Below are positions 53,658 to 62,811 of a DNA stretch of 64,000 nt, piece after piece. The stretch is from an uncultured Methanosarcinales archaeon (lineage in GTDB: Archaea; Nanobdellota; Nanobdellia; Woesearchaeales; ARS49): positions 9,879 through 73,878 of the forward strand of contig CAZWVL010000004.1 of NCBI GenBank assembly GCA_964637115.1. Direction: 5' to 3'. Both the position numbers and the translations under genes were made by a program. The notes under the pieces are model-generated. The model did no database searches and was not told where the DNA came from. It saw only the letters and a list, made by a program, of their open reading frames with translations. How positions within the stretch are numbered: position 1 is the stretch's first letter; each line of letters starts with the position of its first letter.

Positions 53658-54699
53658 ATTTTTTCACCCCTTCAAATATCGCGTTTGCTAGGTTGCCCGT
53701 GCTGCCCAGTATGCTTGTTTTTTTCTGCGCATTGCCTATTTCAAGTATTACTGCCGGCCTTTTTCCTTTGAGCACTTGTTTTGCATCATCTGCTGCTAAT
53801 CTGCTGACATCTATTGGTATTGGTCTTACCGGCAGGTTGAATTCTGTTGTTATTGTGTTAAGTATTTCGCACGCTAATCTTTTGCTGTTTTTGTTTTCTG
53901 GATTATAGTATGCTTTGACAACCTCTAAATCGTCTGCTCTGCTTCCTACGTGCAGTGAAAGTAAAGCATCTCCTGCCTTGTTTTGTCTTACGTCAATTGA
54001 TGCAACACTGTCCGCATCTAATGCGCGTGTTGGATTTACAATCACTCCTCCTGCTGCTATTGTGAATGATTTTGCAAGCCGCATTGTGTATTTGCTTTCT
54101 TTCAAACCCACACTGTCAATTGTTGTTCCTTCGTCTCCTGTTGTGCCGTCATATCCTTTGCCGGGGTCTATTGCAATGCTTTTGAGCGGTATTCCTGCCA
54201 GTGTATCGCATTCAAGCAGGTATGGGCTTGCCAGGTTTGCTGGTTGTACTGCTCCAAATGTGTTTCCGCGTTTGAAGAGGGTTAGTGGCCCAATTGTTTT
54301 TTTGCCGGTTTCTGGCGTAAATTCTTTTCCTTTGAGAATGTATCCAGGCACTTGTGTGAAAAGGAAAGTGCTTGTTGGCACGCCGCGTTCTCGCGTGTAT
54401 ACTTTGCTGCCTTCAAAGACTAGAACATAAGGTCCTGCATCTGTGATTGTTCTGTCTGCATTAATGTCTTTTCCGAATGACTGTAATGCTTGCAAATCCA
54501 TACTGATTAGGTTTACCGCATTTTGCCGGTCGTATGCTTCATTGTTTCCTATGGAAAGCGCAGCATAAAGTACTGTAAGCAGAACAATGCCCAACCCTAT
54601 CGCTACAAGAAATGCTGGTGGCAAGACTAATTCTTCACTAGCTCTTTTTTGTTTGAATAATTTCATGCAATTATGAACTGGCTGCCTTCGGTTGTGCAT
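53644..54699 (-). CDS. large pilin-like / minor pilin protein (351 aa)
   Basis: KQKRASEELVLPPAFLVAIGLGIVLLTVLYAALSIG at the N-terminus, followed by a large beta-rich domain. Confidence 0.55.
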   Translation of the reverse strand: MHNRRQPVHNCMKLFKQKRASEELVLPPAFLVAIGLGIVLLTVLYAALSIGNNEAYDRQNAVNLISMDLQALQSFGKDINADRTITDAGPYVLVFEGSKVYTRERGVPTSTFLFTQVPGYILKGKEFTPETGKKTIGPLTLFKRGNTFGAVQPANLASPYLLECDTLAGIPLKSIAIDPGKGYDGTTGDEGTTIDSVGLKESKYTMRLAKSFTIAAGGVIVNPTRALDADSVASIDVRQNKAGDALLSLHVGSRADDLEVVKAYYNPENKNSKRLACEILNTITTEFNLPVRPIPIDVSRLAADDAKQVLKGKRPAVILEIGNAQKKTSILGSTGNLANAIFEGVKKYGVV

Positions 54700-55169
54700 T
54701 CAACTTTGACCGTGACTATTCCGCCTTTGCTTTCAGGTGAAGGAGGATAAAGTGCTCCTGCACATAATTCTCCGCCGCATTGTGCAGTGGTGCATTTTTG
54801 TTTGATATCAATTGTTTTGCAGGTTGTTTTTGGCCCGCCAGAAGTTAGATGATACATGCACATGCATGCTCTGCCTCTGCATTTTGCTTCTCCTCCGCCA
54901 TCTGGGTAGAATGCTATATCCATTGCTTCTTCTGAACTTATGGGCACGTTGATTTCTTGTTTGCCGTAGATTTTTCCTTCATCATAGTCGTTGAGCAATT
55001 TTGCGCTTGCTTTTAAGACTCGTGCGAAGTCCATTTCTTGCGGGTCTTTTGTCCCCTGCGTAAAAACGTATATTATGCCTACAAATATCAGCGCCACTGA
55101 ACCTATTTCCAAAACGGCCAGGATAATATTGACAAGCCATGCCGGCATCAAGTCGGACCCTTTTTTCAT
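54663..55169 (-). CDS. Cys-rich class III signal peptide pilin-like protein
   Basis: MKKG|SDLMPAWLVNIILAVLEIGSVALIFVGIIYV. The C-terminal domain has at least 7 Cys (CRGRACMCMYH...CKTID...CTTAQCGGELCAG). The tool ORF extends to 55259. Confidence 0.55.
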   Translation of the reverse strand: MKKGSDLMPAWLVNIILAVLEIGSVALIFVGIIYVFTQGTKDPQEMDFARVLKASAKLLNDYDEGKIYGKQEINVPISSEEAMDIAFYPDGGGEAKCRGRACMCMYHLTSGGPKTTCKTIDIKQKCTTAQCGGELCAGALYPPSPESKGGIVTVKVECTTEGSQFIIA

Positions 55170-55207
55170 AAACATAATTTGAGAAAGTGTGTATTTAAAG
55201 GTTCTGC

Positions 55208-55513
55208 CTACTTTGGCACGCAGCAAGTGGAGAATTTTTTCTGCACGCAATCTCCCCACGGTTTTCCAGTAGGCGAATTTGTAACTGGGTCGTATTTTGC
55301 AGCATCACACGTATTCGAGCAGAACCTGCCCATAACCAGAGATTGGCACTTGTCTGCCGATATGTTTGCTTCTTCTCCAAATTGCCCGTATCCCTTCTCT
55401 GATTTCTTTACCTGTTGCTGTACAAATATTATCAGGATGACGAGAATAACCAATCCAAGCACTATTGTTACAATCGTGCCGGTTGCCATTTCTAACGCTT
55501 TTTTGTCTTTCAC
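55208..55513 (-). CDS. small Cys-rich pilin-like protein (101 aa)
   Basis: MKDKKALEMATGTIVTIVLGLVILVILIIFV, with 8 Cys in the last 50 aa including a CC pair. Confidence 0.55.
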   Translation of the reverse strand: MKDKKALEMATGTIVTIVLGLVILVILIIFVQQQVKKSEKGYGQFGEEANISADKCQSLVMGRFCSNTCDAAKYDPVTNSPTGKPWGDCVQKKFSTCCVPK

Positions 55514-55546
55514 GTGTGTAGTCCTGTCTTGTTGATATTTAAAGTT

Positions 55547-56029
55547 TTAGCTGCAGTCAGATGCAGGTGTTCTGGTTAGGAATACTTCTCCTCCCCATCC
55601 TGCATCATAGCATACTGTAAACATTGATGCTGTTTTATCAATATTTGATTCTATGTTCCATTCGATTGAAACTCCCGTACCTAACAATTTCGTGGAGAGC
55701 TCACTTTCGCTTATTGTTGTTGTTAATGTTGACGTGTCTATTTTATAGCAGCAGGGATTGTTTGTTCCTGCTGTTGCTTTTTTCCAGCAATCGTGTACTG
55801 CTGCTGCCAGGATGCCTGCATCCACTATCTTGCGTGTGCCGCATCCTGCTCCTACAGTTGTTCCCGGTATTATGATGCCTTCTGTCTTGCTTGGAAAGGC
55901 CATGTCCCAAATTGAACCTAAAAATGTTTTTTCTGTTTTTTGTTTTTGTTGATAAATAAATGCTGCTGCTGCTCCGAGAATGATGAGCGCAAGAATTGCT
56001 GTTACCAAAAATGACATTCCTCTTTTCAT
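55547..56029 (-). CDS. class III signal peptide pilin-like protein
   Basis: MKRG|MSFLVTAILALIILGAAAAFIY. The tool ORF extends to 56137. Confidence 0.55.
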   Translation of the reverse strand: MKRGMSFLVTAILALIILGAAAAFIYQQKQKTEKTFLGSIWDMAFPSKTEGIIIPGTTVGAGCGTRKIVDAGILAAAVHDCWKKATAGTNNPCCYKIDTSTLTTTISESELSTKLLGTGVSIEWNIESNIDKTASMFTVCYDAGWGGEVFLTRTPASDCS

Positions 56030-56159
56030 GGTAATTGTGCTATGACATCTGCTCCTTTTTGTCCCGATTTGATGCTGAGCCAGATTAAGAAGATTAGTAT
56101 CAATAATCCTAGTATCATTCCTATTATTACAAACCATCCTGGGAATTCTTGTGCTCGCT

Positions 56160-57254
56160 TCATGCTACTATGTCTGTGCATCCTAAACCGCCATCTTTCA
56201 TATCTTTTGTAATTAATTCATAGGGATGGATGACCACAACTTTAAGAGTATCGGATTTTTCTATTGCTTCATCGGTGATTGCAGTTGCGATCGCCCCAGC
56301 TTCTACAGCGCCTACTCCAGTGGTAACACCTTTCTCTGCAGCGGTAACAACTTTCGTCGCTTTTTCTGCAGTGGTAGCAAGTTTACCTGCCTTAATAGCA
56401 AGGCTAGCTGCACGTGTAGTGAGACCGGCAGTGGAAAGACGTGCGAGTACACGAAGCCCTGCTCCAGCAACTTTTCCAACTCCAGGAAGCGCCACCGTCA
56501 GTGCTATGTCAGCAGTCCAAAGGGAAAGCTCCACCCAGTTTTTTGAAAGCCAGCCTTCTTTCTCTTCAATAAAAACAACGGAGATGGGAATTTTGGTGGT
56601 GAAAAACAGCGATGACTGATCAGGCATTATGCTTTGTCCTTGCATGTAGTCGTAATAAGTGGTTTTGTAATATGGTTCTGCCTTCATCCACGCGTAGAGT
56701 GAATTGACGCTCACCTGATCGTTTATGTTTATAGGCAGATCGTCAGAAAAGGTGACCACGCTGCACACCACGCAAAATACGTGTTTGCCGGAGAAGAATC
56801 CTTTAATTCCTCCTGGACCGAAAACATCAAGCTTTCCGTGCCAGACTTTGTTCCAACAGCCGACCATTTCTTTCCCCAGGATTGAGTCAAGAGCCCATTC
56901 ATTCATTGCCGTGTCAGTAACTCCTTGTGCGACACCAAAAACGTTGCGCGCGTCTGAATAATACCCAGTATTGTCCTGATAATATTTATCTAAGCGTTTT
57001 TTTGCGATGTTTTTACGTACTCCGATATCATCTTTTGATATTGTCAAGTATTCTGCTTCGCATCCTGGAGGCACTTCCGCAAAACCAAGCGAGCCTGCCT
57101 TGACCGCTGCTGAAATGAATAAGTTGAGGTTGCACGTTGTTTGTCCTCCCGCAAATTTGAGAAGCGGAATAATTGAGTTTTTAAAAAAAAGGAGGAGAAT
57201 TATGGCTGCGATGGCGATCGCAATTAAAGTTACAAACTGTGCCCGCTTGTTCAT
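56160..57254 (-). CDS. large pilin-like protein (364 aa) with an Ala/Thr/Gly-rich C-terminal region
   Basis: MNKRA|QFVTLIAIAIAAIILLLFF. The C-terminus has low-complexity GVGKVAGAGLRVLARLSTAGLTTRAASLAIKAGKLATTAEKATKVVTAAEKGVTTGVGAVEAGAIATAI. Confidence 0.55.
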   Translation of the reverse strand: MNKRAQFVTLIAIAIAAIILLLFFKNSIIPLLKFAGGQTTCNLNLFISAAVKAGSLGFAEVPPGCEAEYLTISKDDIGVRKNIAKKRLDKYYQDNTGYYSDARNVFGVAQGVTDTAMNEWALDSILGKEMVGCWNKVWHGKLDVFGPGGIKGFFSGKHVFCVVCSVVTFSDDLPININDQVSVNSLYAWMKAEPYYKTTYYDYMQGQSIMPDQSSLFFTTKIPISVVFIEEKEGWLSKNWVELSLWTADIALTVALPGVGKVAGAGLRVLARLSTAGLTTRAASLAIKAGKLATTAEKATKVVTAAEKGVTTGVGAVEAGAIATAITDEAIEKSDTLKVVVIHPYELITKDMKDGGLGCTDIVA

Positions 57255-57408
57255 GTTGTCAGCTTCTCCAGTATTGGTTTGATGACAAACATAATTATTA
57301 ACAGAAATCCGAGAACGATGAGCAGTATTTTGAGCCAGGTTTCCCAGTTAATATCAAATTGACCTCTTTTCGACATACTTATTTCCTTAGAAACAGCATA
57401 TTAAATAC

Positions 57409-57684
57409 TTACTGTTTTTTTCTACAGCAGATTTCTCCTGGTCTCAGGTCTTTGAATGAAGCGTAGATAACGTCGCAATCCGTGCCTACTGGTTTTCGCT
57501 CATTATCTGGCTCGCAAGTGTTTTCCGTTACGTTTGCTATGCCTCTGCTGCTTTTTGTTATTTGTTGTTGTACTACGAAGATAATTATTACAAGAACTAT
57601 GAGCCCAAGGGCTGCTATTATTATGGTGTTTAATGGCAGTCCTTGTCCTAGCCTGTTAGAATGCAGCATTCGTCGCATCTCCAT
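57409..57684 (-). CDS. small Cys-rich class III signal peptide pilin-like protein (91 aa)
   Basis: ...NRLGQG|LPLNTIIIAALGLIVLVIIIFVV, with 5 Cys in the C-terminal half. Confidence 0.55.
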   Translation of the reverse strand: MEMRRMLHSNRLGQGLPLNTIIIAALGLIVLVIIIFVVQQQITKSSRGIANVTENTCEPDNERKPVGTDCDVIYASFKDLRPGEICCRKKQ

Positions 57685-58004
57685 GGACTTGGGTTGTTTG
57701 TTTTTGGCATGTTTCTCGGGATGCTTGCTCCGCTCAGTCTTGTTTCAAATTCTGCATCGCATGCTTGGTCTGAATAAATGCCTGCTGGCGCGCCTGATGG
57801 CGGGTTTAATTTGTAGCATCTGCCTGCGCATTCGTTTGCTGCTTGTCCGACCTTTCTCATTTGTCCGCCGAATATGGCACCAATGACTACGAGAACTAAT
57901 ATGCCTAGTGCTGCAATGATGATTGTGCTTATTGGTAAGCCTTGTGCTCTCCTTGAAAAGCGAAGCTTTTCATGGCTCGAAAACGTGAGTTTTCGTTGTT
58001 TCAT
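57648..58004 (-). CDS. small Cys-rich class III signal peptide pilin-like protein (118 aa)
   Basis: ...KLRFSRRAQG|LPISTIIIAALGILVLVVIGAIFGG, with 6 Cys (CAGRCY...ACDAEF...WRCDECC). Carries the conserved 5' motif. Confidence 0.55.
   Translation of the reverse strand: MKQRKLTFSSHEKLRFSRRAQGLPISTIIIAALGILVLVVIGAIFGGQMRKVGQAANECAGRCYKLNPPSGAPAGIYSDQACDAEFETRLSGASIPRNMPKTNNPSPWRCDECCILTG
57945..58004 (-). promoter_or_regulatory. conserved palindrome-rich 5' coding motif, copy 3 (pilin gene 57648..58004)
   Basis: It encodes LTFSSHEKLRFSRRAQG. Hairpins GAAAAGC-gaa-GCTTTTC and CGAAAAC-gtga-GTTTTCG. Confidence 0.4.
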
Positions 58005-58072
58005 AGGAATACACCTCTCTTACAGAAACTTCCAGACTATGCCGATATTTAAATGTTGCTCTATGTTAAGGT

Positions 58073-58858
58073 CTACTTGCCAAAGCTTGCAAGCTCTTTT
58101 TTGACATCTTCTAAACGATTCATCAGACTTTCAATGACACGATCAATTTGCTTGAGTGCGGTCTTGACATCTTCGGTACCGCCCATAACTATTGCTTTCT
58201 GCAATTTTTCACGCAATAAAACAGTCAAAGAAAGGTATTCTTCAGTCATTTGAAGATGCGCAGTAAGTATGGCTTTTGCCATTAGCGGATCGTTTATGAC
58301 ATTCGGTTGTGTATGGATGGAGTAAAGTGCGTCGATTGTTTGTGGATGAGCTGTCCATTGAAAAATGCCGACAAGGTCTATTCGTGTTGGAGGAATCTCT
58401 ATTTTCTCAACAAAAACTTTATTTTTGATTAAACTGTCCTGCGCCCGTTGTGTTGCAGTGACAATATCCTGATACCTGTATAATTTATCTTCTACAGATA
58501 TGAACTGTTCATTGTGTTTAACCAGTAGCATGACAACGCTGATTGCCTCTCGCAGTTTCTTCTGACATGAAGACAAATCGCCAGACTTGTAATCTTCCAC
58601 TGCAGCGTGCAACGTCGATTCAAGTAAGTTTTCTTGTTTGTCTACAGATTGCCTGACGGCTGGCGGCAGTTCTTGATATGATGTTTTTCGTACAATCCCT
58701 TGATAATATGCAGCAGAAAGAGCAATGACACCTGCAACGCCGCCAGCGAACCACTTGGCGGCTTTCTTGAAATCAACCATAAAGTTACTAAGTGCGACTC
58801 GTTTTAAAATATTTCTATGGTTAGGGCGTGTCAAATAGCGCTTCTGCTTGATTTGCAT
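58073..58858 (-). CDS. N-terminally anchored hypothetical protein (261 aa)
   Basis: One TM segment (WFAGGVAGVIALSAAYY), then a helical domain. Confidence 0.4.
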   Translation of the reverse strand: MQIKQKRYLTRPNHRNILKRVALSNFMVDFKKAAKWFAGGVAGVIALSAAYYQGIVRKTSYQELPPAVRQSVDKQENLLESTLHAAVEDYKSGDLSSCQKKLREAISVVMLLVKHNEQFISVEDKLYRYQDIVTATQRAQDSLIKNKVFVEKIEIPPTRIDLVGIFQWTAHPQTIDALYSIHTQPNVINDPLMAKAILTAHLQMTEEYLSLTVLLREKLQKAIVMGGTEDVKTALKQIDRVIESLMNRLEDVKKELASFGK

Positions 58859-59291
58859 CAGAAAGGAAGCGTTCTCTTTTGAGTTCGTCTATTACATAGT
58901 GTATTTGCTTCTTTTTTATGTGAAACGTGCTTTCCAGGTGTTCTACGAAGTCTTCCATTGTTGGCATGTCTTTGAAGACGCATTCCATAACGACATTCCA
59001 GCCGTTGTTTATTCTGAAAAGTGAATTGACGTTTGGATGGTTCTTCAGCTGTTGGAAGAACTTGTCTTTTTCTGTTGATTCAACGCTTAGTAGCAGATAT
59101 GCTCTTGTTGAAAAGCCGATTTTTTCATAATTTATGAGCACTGTTGGCTTTAGCCATTGTTTTCGTTTGTATTGTTTTAGTCTGTCGTGAATTGTGCTCA
59201 CTGGCAGTTTTAGCTTGCGTGACAGTGCTGTCAGCGGTATTCTGCCATTGTTGCGTAATTGGGTTATGATGTTGATGTCGGTTTTTTTCAT
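58821..59291 (-). CDS. Lrp/AsnC-family transcriptional regulator
   Basis: HTH ITQLRNNGRIPLTALSRKLKLPVSTIHDRLKQ plus a C-terminal RAM-like domain. Confidence 0.7.
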   Translation of the reverse strand: MKKTDINIITQLRNNGRIPLTALSRKLKLPVSTIHDRLKQYKRKQWLKPTVLINYEKIGFSTRAYLLLSVESTEKDKFFQQLKNHPNVNSLFRINNGWNVVMECVFKDMPTMEDFVEHLESTFHIKKKQIHYVIDELKRERFLSDANQAEALFDTP

Positions 59292-59300
59292 GGTGAACTC

Positions 59301-59337
59301 CGAGGGGTTCGAAAAGGGGGCGTCGGTTGAGCCCCCT
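59301..59337 (-). terminator. GC hairpin plus T-run; candidate terminator for 59418..61190
   Basis: On the minus strand, GGGGGCUCAACCGACGCCCCC (6-bp GC stem) is followed by CUUUUCG. It lies ~80 nt downstream of the stop. Confidence 0.4.
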
Positions 59338-59417
59338 TTGATATGGCTGCGTAGCCTCTATGCCCGCTCAGATAAATACAAAATCAAGACTCAGCATATT
59401 CTTTGTTCTTAAGATTC

Positions 59418-61190
59418 TTAAGATGGTATAAGTTTATGTATCTCTTGTAGTGCTTTGTGAATGTGGAGATACTCATCTTTGAAACGGTCGTAGTATTCTT
59501 TGTCTTGTTCTTTTATCGCGTCTATAGCGTACATGGCTTTTCTTATCATTTGTTTTCTGTATACTTTCATTCTGGGTCTTTCTGGCGAACTCCACGCGCT
59601 TGACAACGCTATCATTCGATGTATGATTGCGTTGTTGTATGCCCGTTCAATTGTTGAGAAGTTGGCGTTTTTATCGTGCTTGTGCGTTTCAACAATATAG
59701 CGTACCGTGTACGCTTTTTTTTCAACGTCGTCAAAGAAATCTCCGTACTCTAACAGGTTGACAAGGTCAAATACGACAGGAACGAGATGTTCTCCCTCAT
59801 TATCAATTACTCCGATTTTCTTTCCTATGATCCAGTTTTCTGGGTGTGCATCTTTGTTCCACGCCCACGGAATGTTGTTTAATGCTTCAACAACTGGCGT
59901 GTAATTTTGCACAATCTTTTGAGAAAGTTCTTCAGGAATGTTAAATTCTTCTGCTTTGAGTTTTTCTTCCAGGTTTTTCTTGACGTCGAGTTTTTCCAGG
60001 CCTTCTTTAGGATAATACGCATGTATTTTGGCCAGTGCAGAAATGACTTGGGGCATCGCGTTTTTGCCATCTTTTTTGTCATCCTTTTTGAGCTTTTCAT
60101 ACAGTGTTTCTCCTTCTATATGGCGCATTATGTGTACGTATCTTCTTTCGTGAGGCTCTCTTGTAATGTAGAGCGGCTGTGGAACTTCAATATCTTCAAT
60201 AATTGCTGCGAGTTTTGCGCTTCTCTCTGCTTCTGATACGAGCTCTTCTCGGGATTCGCGTTCTTTGAATACAAGTGTGTTTGAAAAGAATTTGTTGTTT
60301 GTCAGCTTGCGGACAATCGAGCGTGATTCTCCCAATCTCTCCCACATTGGTTGCTCGCAGAGCACATTATGAGCTTCTTTCCACGCTTGTTCTGTATCAT
60401 CGCGTTTTTGTGCTGTTGCGAGTAGTGCGTGAAAGACGTACATTTCTGCGCGCTCTGGAAGCTTGAATTCATCTGCAGCGAGTCTTCCAAGTGCGCTCCA
60501 GTACCATGAATGTTCTGGCTTGAGTATGCTTTCGTGTGCTGATGCAAGGATGTATTCGTATGAACTTCGTGGCATGAGCCATCGTGCCAGTCCAAATATC
60601 AGGTCTCGGTAGGCGTATGCTATTCTGCCGCTAAGGGAGAGTTTTGGTTTTTTGTTGTTTAACCAGTCAAATGCGTCTTTTAGCAGCAGGTAACCGACAT
60701 CAATCTTTCTTTCGATGCTATAATTGAGCATTGCATCGATGGCCAATGCGACATTTTGTTTTTCTCTGGCTTTCTTTTCGAGGTCTGCTCCTTTTTTGCG
60801 CATCAAAAATATCGTGTCAGTTATTCCGTAATCGAGTTGTTTTTCTCCTGTTAGGAAAATTGATGGTGGTGTTTGTTCTTGGAGGCGTGCTTCAAGGTTT
60901 TTTATTATTTTTCTGTCGCCTGGCCGCGTTCGCTCGCAAGTATCTTTTTCTTTTGTGTACGCATGCAGTACAGCCGTAAAAAGATATGCTACGATGCCAA
61001 CGCCAACTGTAGGAATAACTGCTTTCGCAAAATCAGAAAATGGGTTGTCCTTGCCGTCCGTTAGTAATTGATGGCATTTGTAGGTAAGTGCTCCAGCTGC
61101 TGCAATTCTGGCATTCCATAGAGGGCTTTTTGTGAGCAGCTTCAAAACAAGTTTTCCCAATCCCATATCACTGCCCAGTAGCGATAACAT
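59418..61190 (-). CDS. membrane-anchored protein with a C-terminal APH-like kinase-fold domain (590 aa)
   Basis: TM segment AVIPTVGVGIVAYLFTAVLHAY. C-terminal catalytic-loop-like NKDAHPENWII and VIDNEGE (HxDxxxxN / IDxE of the APH/CAK fold). Confidence 0.5.
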   Translation of the reverse strand: MLSLLGSDMGLGKLVLKLLTKSPLWNARIAAAGALTYKCHQLLTDGKDNPFSDFAKAVIPTVGVGIVAYLFTAVLHAYTKEKDTCERTRPGDRKIIKNLEARLQEQTPPSIFLTGEKQLDYGITDTIFLMRKKGADLEKKAREKQNVALAIDAMLNYSIERKIDVGYLLLKDAFDWLNNKKPKLSLSGRIAYAYRDLIFGLARWLMPRSSYEYILASAHESILKPEHSWYWSALGRLAADEFKLPERAEMYVFHALLATAQKRDDTEQAWKEAHNVLCEQPMWERLGESRSIVRKLTNNKFFSNTLVFKERESREELVSEAERSAKLAAIIEDIEVPQPLYITREPHERRYVHIMRHIEGETLYEKLKKDDKKDGKNAMPQVISALAKIHAYYPKEGLEKLDVKKNLEEKLKAEEFNIPEELSQKIVQNYTPVVEALNNIPWAWNKDAHPENWIIGKKIGVIDNEGEHLVPVVFDLVNLLEYGDFFDDVEKKAYTVRYIVETHKHDKNANFSTIERAYNNAIIHRMIALSSAWSSPERPRMKVYRKQMIRKAMYAIDAIKEQDKEYYDRFKDEYLHIHKALQEIHKLIPS

Positions 61191-61270
61191 TTATATATTA
61201 ACTTATCGTCGATGTAATTGTCAAGAACAACCAAGATATGATTATGAATGTGGTGGTTCTTGAGCATGCT

Positions 61271-61312
61271 CGGAAACTACGCCTAAAAGGATGTTTCCGC
61301 GCGGAGTTTCCG
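61271..61312. promoter_or_regulatory. inverted repeat CGGAAACT-N26-AGTTTCCG ending 5 nt before the ATG of 61317
   Basis: Perfect 8-bp arms, with an extra GTTTCC inside the spacer. Confidence 0.35.
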
Positions 61313-61316
61313 ACAT

Positions 61317-62219
61317 ATGAAGCGCAAGGTCATTCAGATTGCCGACAAAACCTTTGTTATCAGCCTGCCGACTGACTGGGTGAAGCAGTGGAGCATAAAG
61401 AAGGGCGAGGAAGTTGATGTTATAGAAAAGGGTCCGCGCTTGATTGTCAGCACAGCTGAACCGAGGCAATTAAGGAAAAAGGGTATTGATGTCTCTAATG
61501 CAAGTGAAAGAACTTTGCGCTGGCTTCTTTCATCTTTGCACAAGAAAGGCTATGATGAAATTGAAATTCATACTGAAAATCCTGAGCACGCCATCATTAT
61601 TGATCAGCTGCTGAAAGATTTGTTTTTGGGTTTTGCTGTTGTTCATTGTTCTGGTAGTCAGTGTGTTGTGCGTTCGCTATCTAAAGAGCTGGATGACCAG
61701 CTTGACGTTATTGTAAGGCGCGCTTTTCTTGTAACGCTTGCTTTGGCAGAGCAAAGTTTGCAGATGGCCAAGAGCAGGAAGTTTGAGGAACTTCATCATA
61801 TTCTTGATTTGGAAAAAACCAATAATCAGTTGACAAACTTTTGTGAACGAATTTTAAACAAGAGAGGGCTTGACGAACCTGTCAAGACCAGCTTTTTGTA
61901 CGTTATTATGTGGAATTTGGAAAAGATTGCTGACGAATACAAGTATATCTGCGAGCAATTGGCAAAGAAGAAGAAAGTTAGCGTTGAAACAGCAGTTTTA
62001 TTCGAGAAAGTGAATGGTTTGCTGAGAAAGTATTACGAATTGTTTTACAGTTTCAACATTGAGAGGCTTAGCGCGCTGTCTGATGAGTACAAAATAATTA
62101 AAGAACAGGTTGAAAAGGCGATGATAAAGAATGAAGATGCCGTGATTCTATCACATTTGCATCACATCACGCTGAAAACTGCTGATTTTAGTGCATCAAC
62201 GTTTGCGCTTTATGACTAA
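61317..62219 (+). CDS. AbrB/SpoVT-domain plus PhoU-like domain regulator (paralog 3 of 3)
   Basis: MKRKVIQIADKTFVISLPTDWVKQWSIKKGEEVDVIE followed by a helical domain. It is divergent from the kinase-like gene. Confidence 0.6.
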   Translation: MKRKVIQIADKTFVISLPTDWVKQWSIKKGEEVDVIEKGPRLIVSTAEPRQLRKKGIDVSNASERTLRWLLSSLHKKGYDEIEIHTENPEHAIIIDQLLKDLFLGFAVVHCSGSQCVVRSLSKELDDQLDVIVRRAFLVTLALAEQSLQMAKSRKFEELHHILDLEKTNNQLTNFCERILNKRGLDEPVKTSFLYVIMWNLEKIADEYKYICEQLAKKKKVSVETAVLFEKVNGLLRKYYELFYSFNIERLSALSDEYKIIKEQVEKAMIKNEDAVILSHLHHITLKTADFSASTFALYD

Positions 62220-62321
62220 AAGCATTTGAACAAGCATTCATAAGATCGTCTGAGAAGATGATATTTCTAAGGGAAGTTTTTTAATATCGCATCATTGTCT
62301 GTTTCTCAAGGTGGTTAAAAA

Positions 62322-62675
62322 ATGGCTAAACTCGGCATTATTTCACGTCAAAACCTCTATGAACTGACACTAAGAGGACAAGGACCTACTCAAGGAGAGC
62401 GATGTTGTGAAATTGGAAAAACGCCAGTTGCGACTATAAACGACTTGGAATTAATCGCGAGTTTTGCAGGCTCTTACGATAAATGGAAATGTTTCTACGA
62501 TAATCGAAATCACGTATCCTGTCCTGTTATATTCGGGCACCAACAACTATTCGATCTCGCAGACGCGGTCGGTGGGGAATATGTCTGTTTCATTAATTCA
62601 AATCGTTCAGGAAAATTAGAAGATGCTCAGCTCGGATACGATGTTCAGGTCTATCGTAGCAAGAAAGCCCAATAA
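62322..62675 (+). CDS. hypothetical protein (117 aa)
   Basis: ORF only. Confidence 0.3.
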   Translation: MAKLGIISRQNLYELTLRGQGPTQGERCCEIGKTPVATINDLELIASFAGSYDKWKCFYDNRNHVSCPVIFGHQQLFDLADAVGGEYVCFINSNRSGKLEDAQLGYDVQVYRSKKAQ

Positions 62676-62737
62676 CATCAGCTCTGCCTTCTTGACCAAG
62701 AAAGGGTAATGCATCAACACAGCTCTTATCGGTATGG

Positions 62738-62785
62738 GCTTTCTTTTCTCTTTACTACTTAAAAGAGACAAAAAACGAAAGCTTT
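62738..62785 (+). terminator. nested hairpin followed by a short T-run downstream of 62322..62675
   Basis: GCTTTC...TCTCTTT-actactt-AAAGAGA...GAAAGC followed by TTTAAAA. Confidence 0.3.
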
Positions 62786-62811
62786 AAAAGGATTGAATTG
62801 TACTTTCGTTT

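Noticed and set aside
56226-56619. Plus-strand Ala/Thr-rich ORFs (56226..56546, 56230..56619) inside the large pilin gene
   Set aside because: They are the opposite-strand reading of the low-complexity Ala/Thr/Gly-rich region of 56160..57254.
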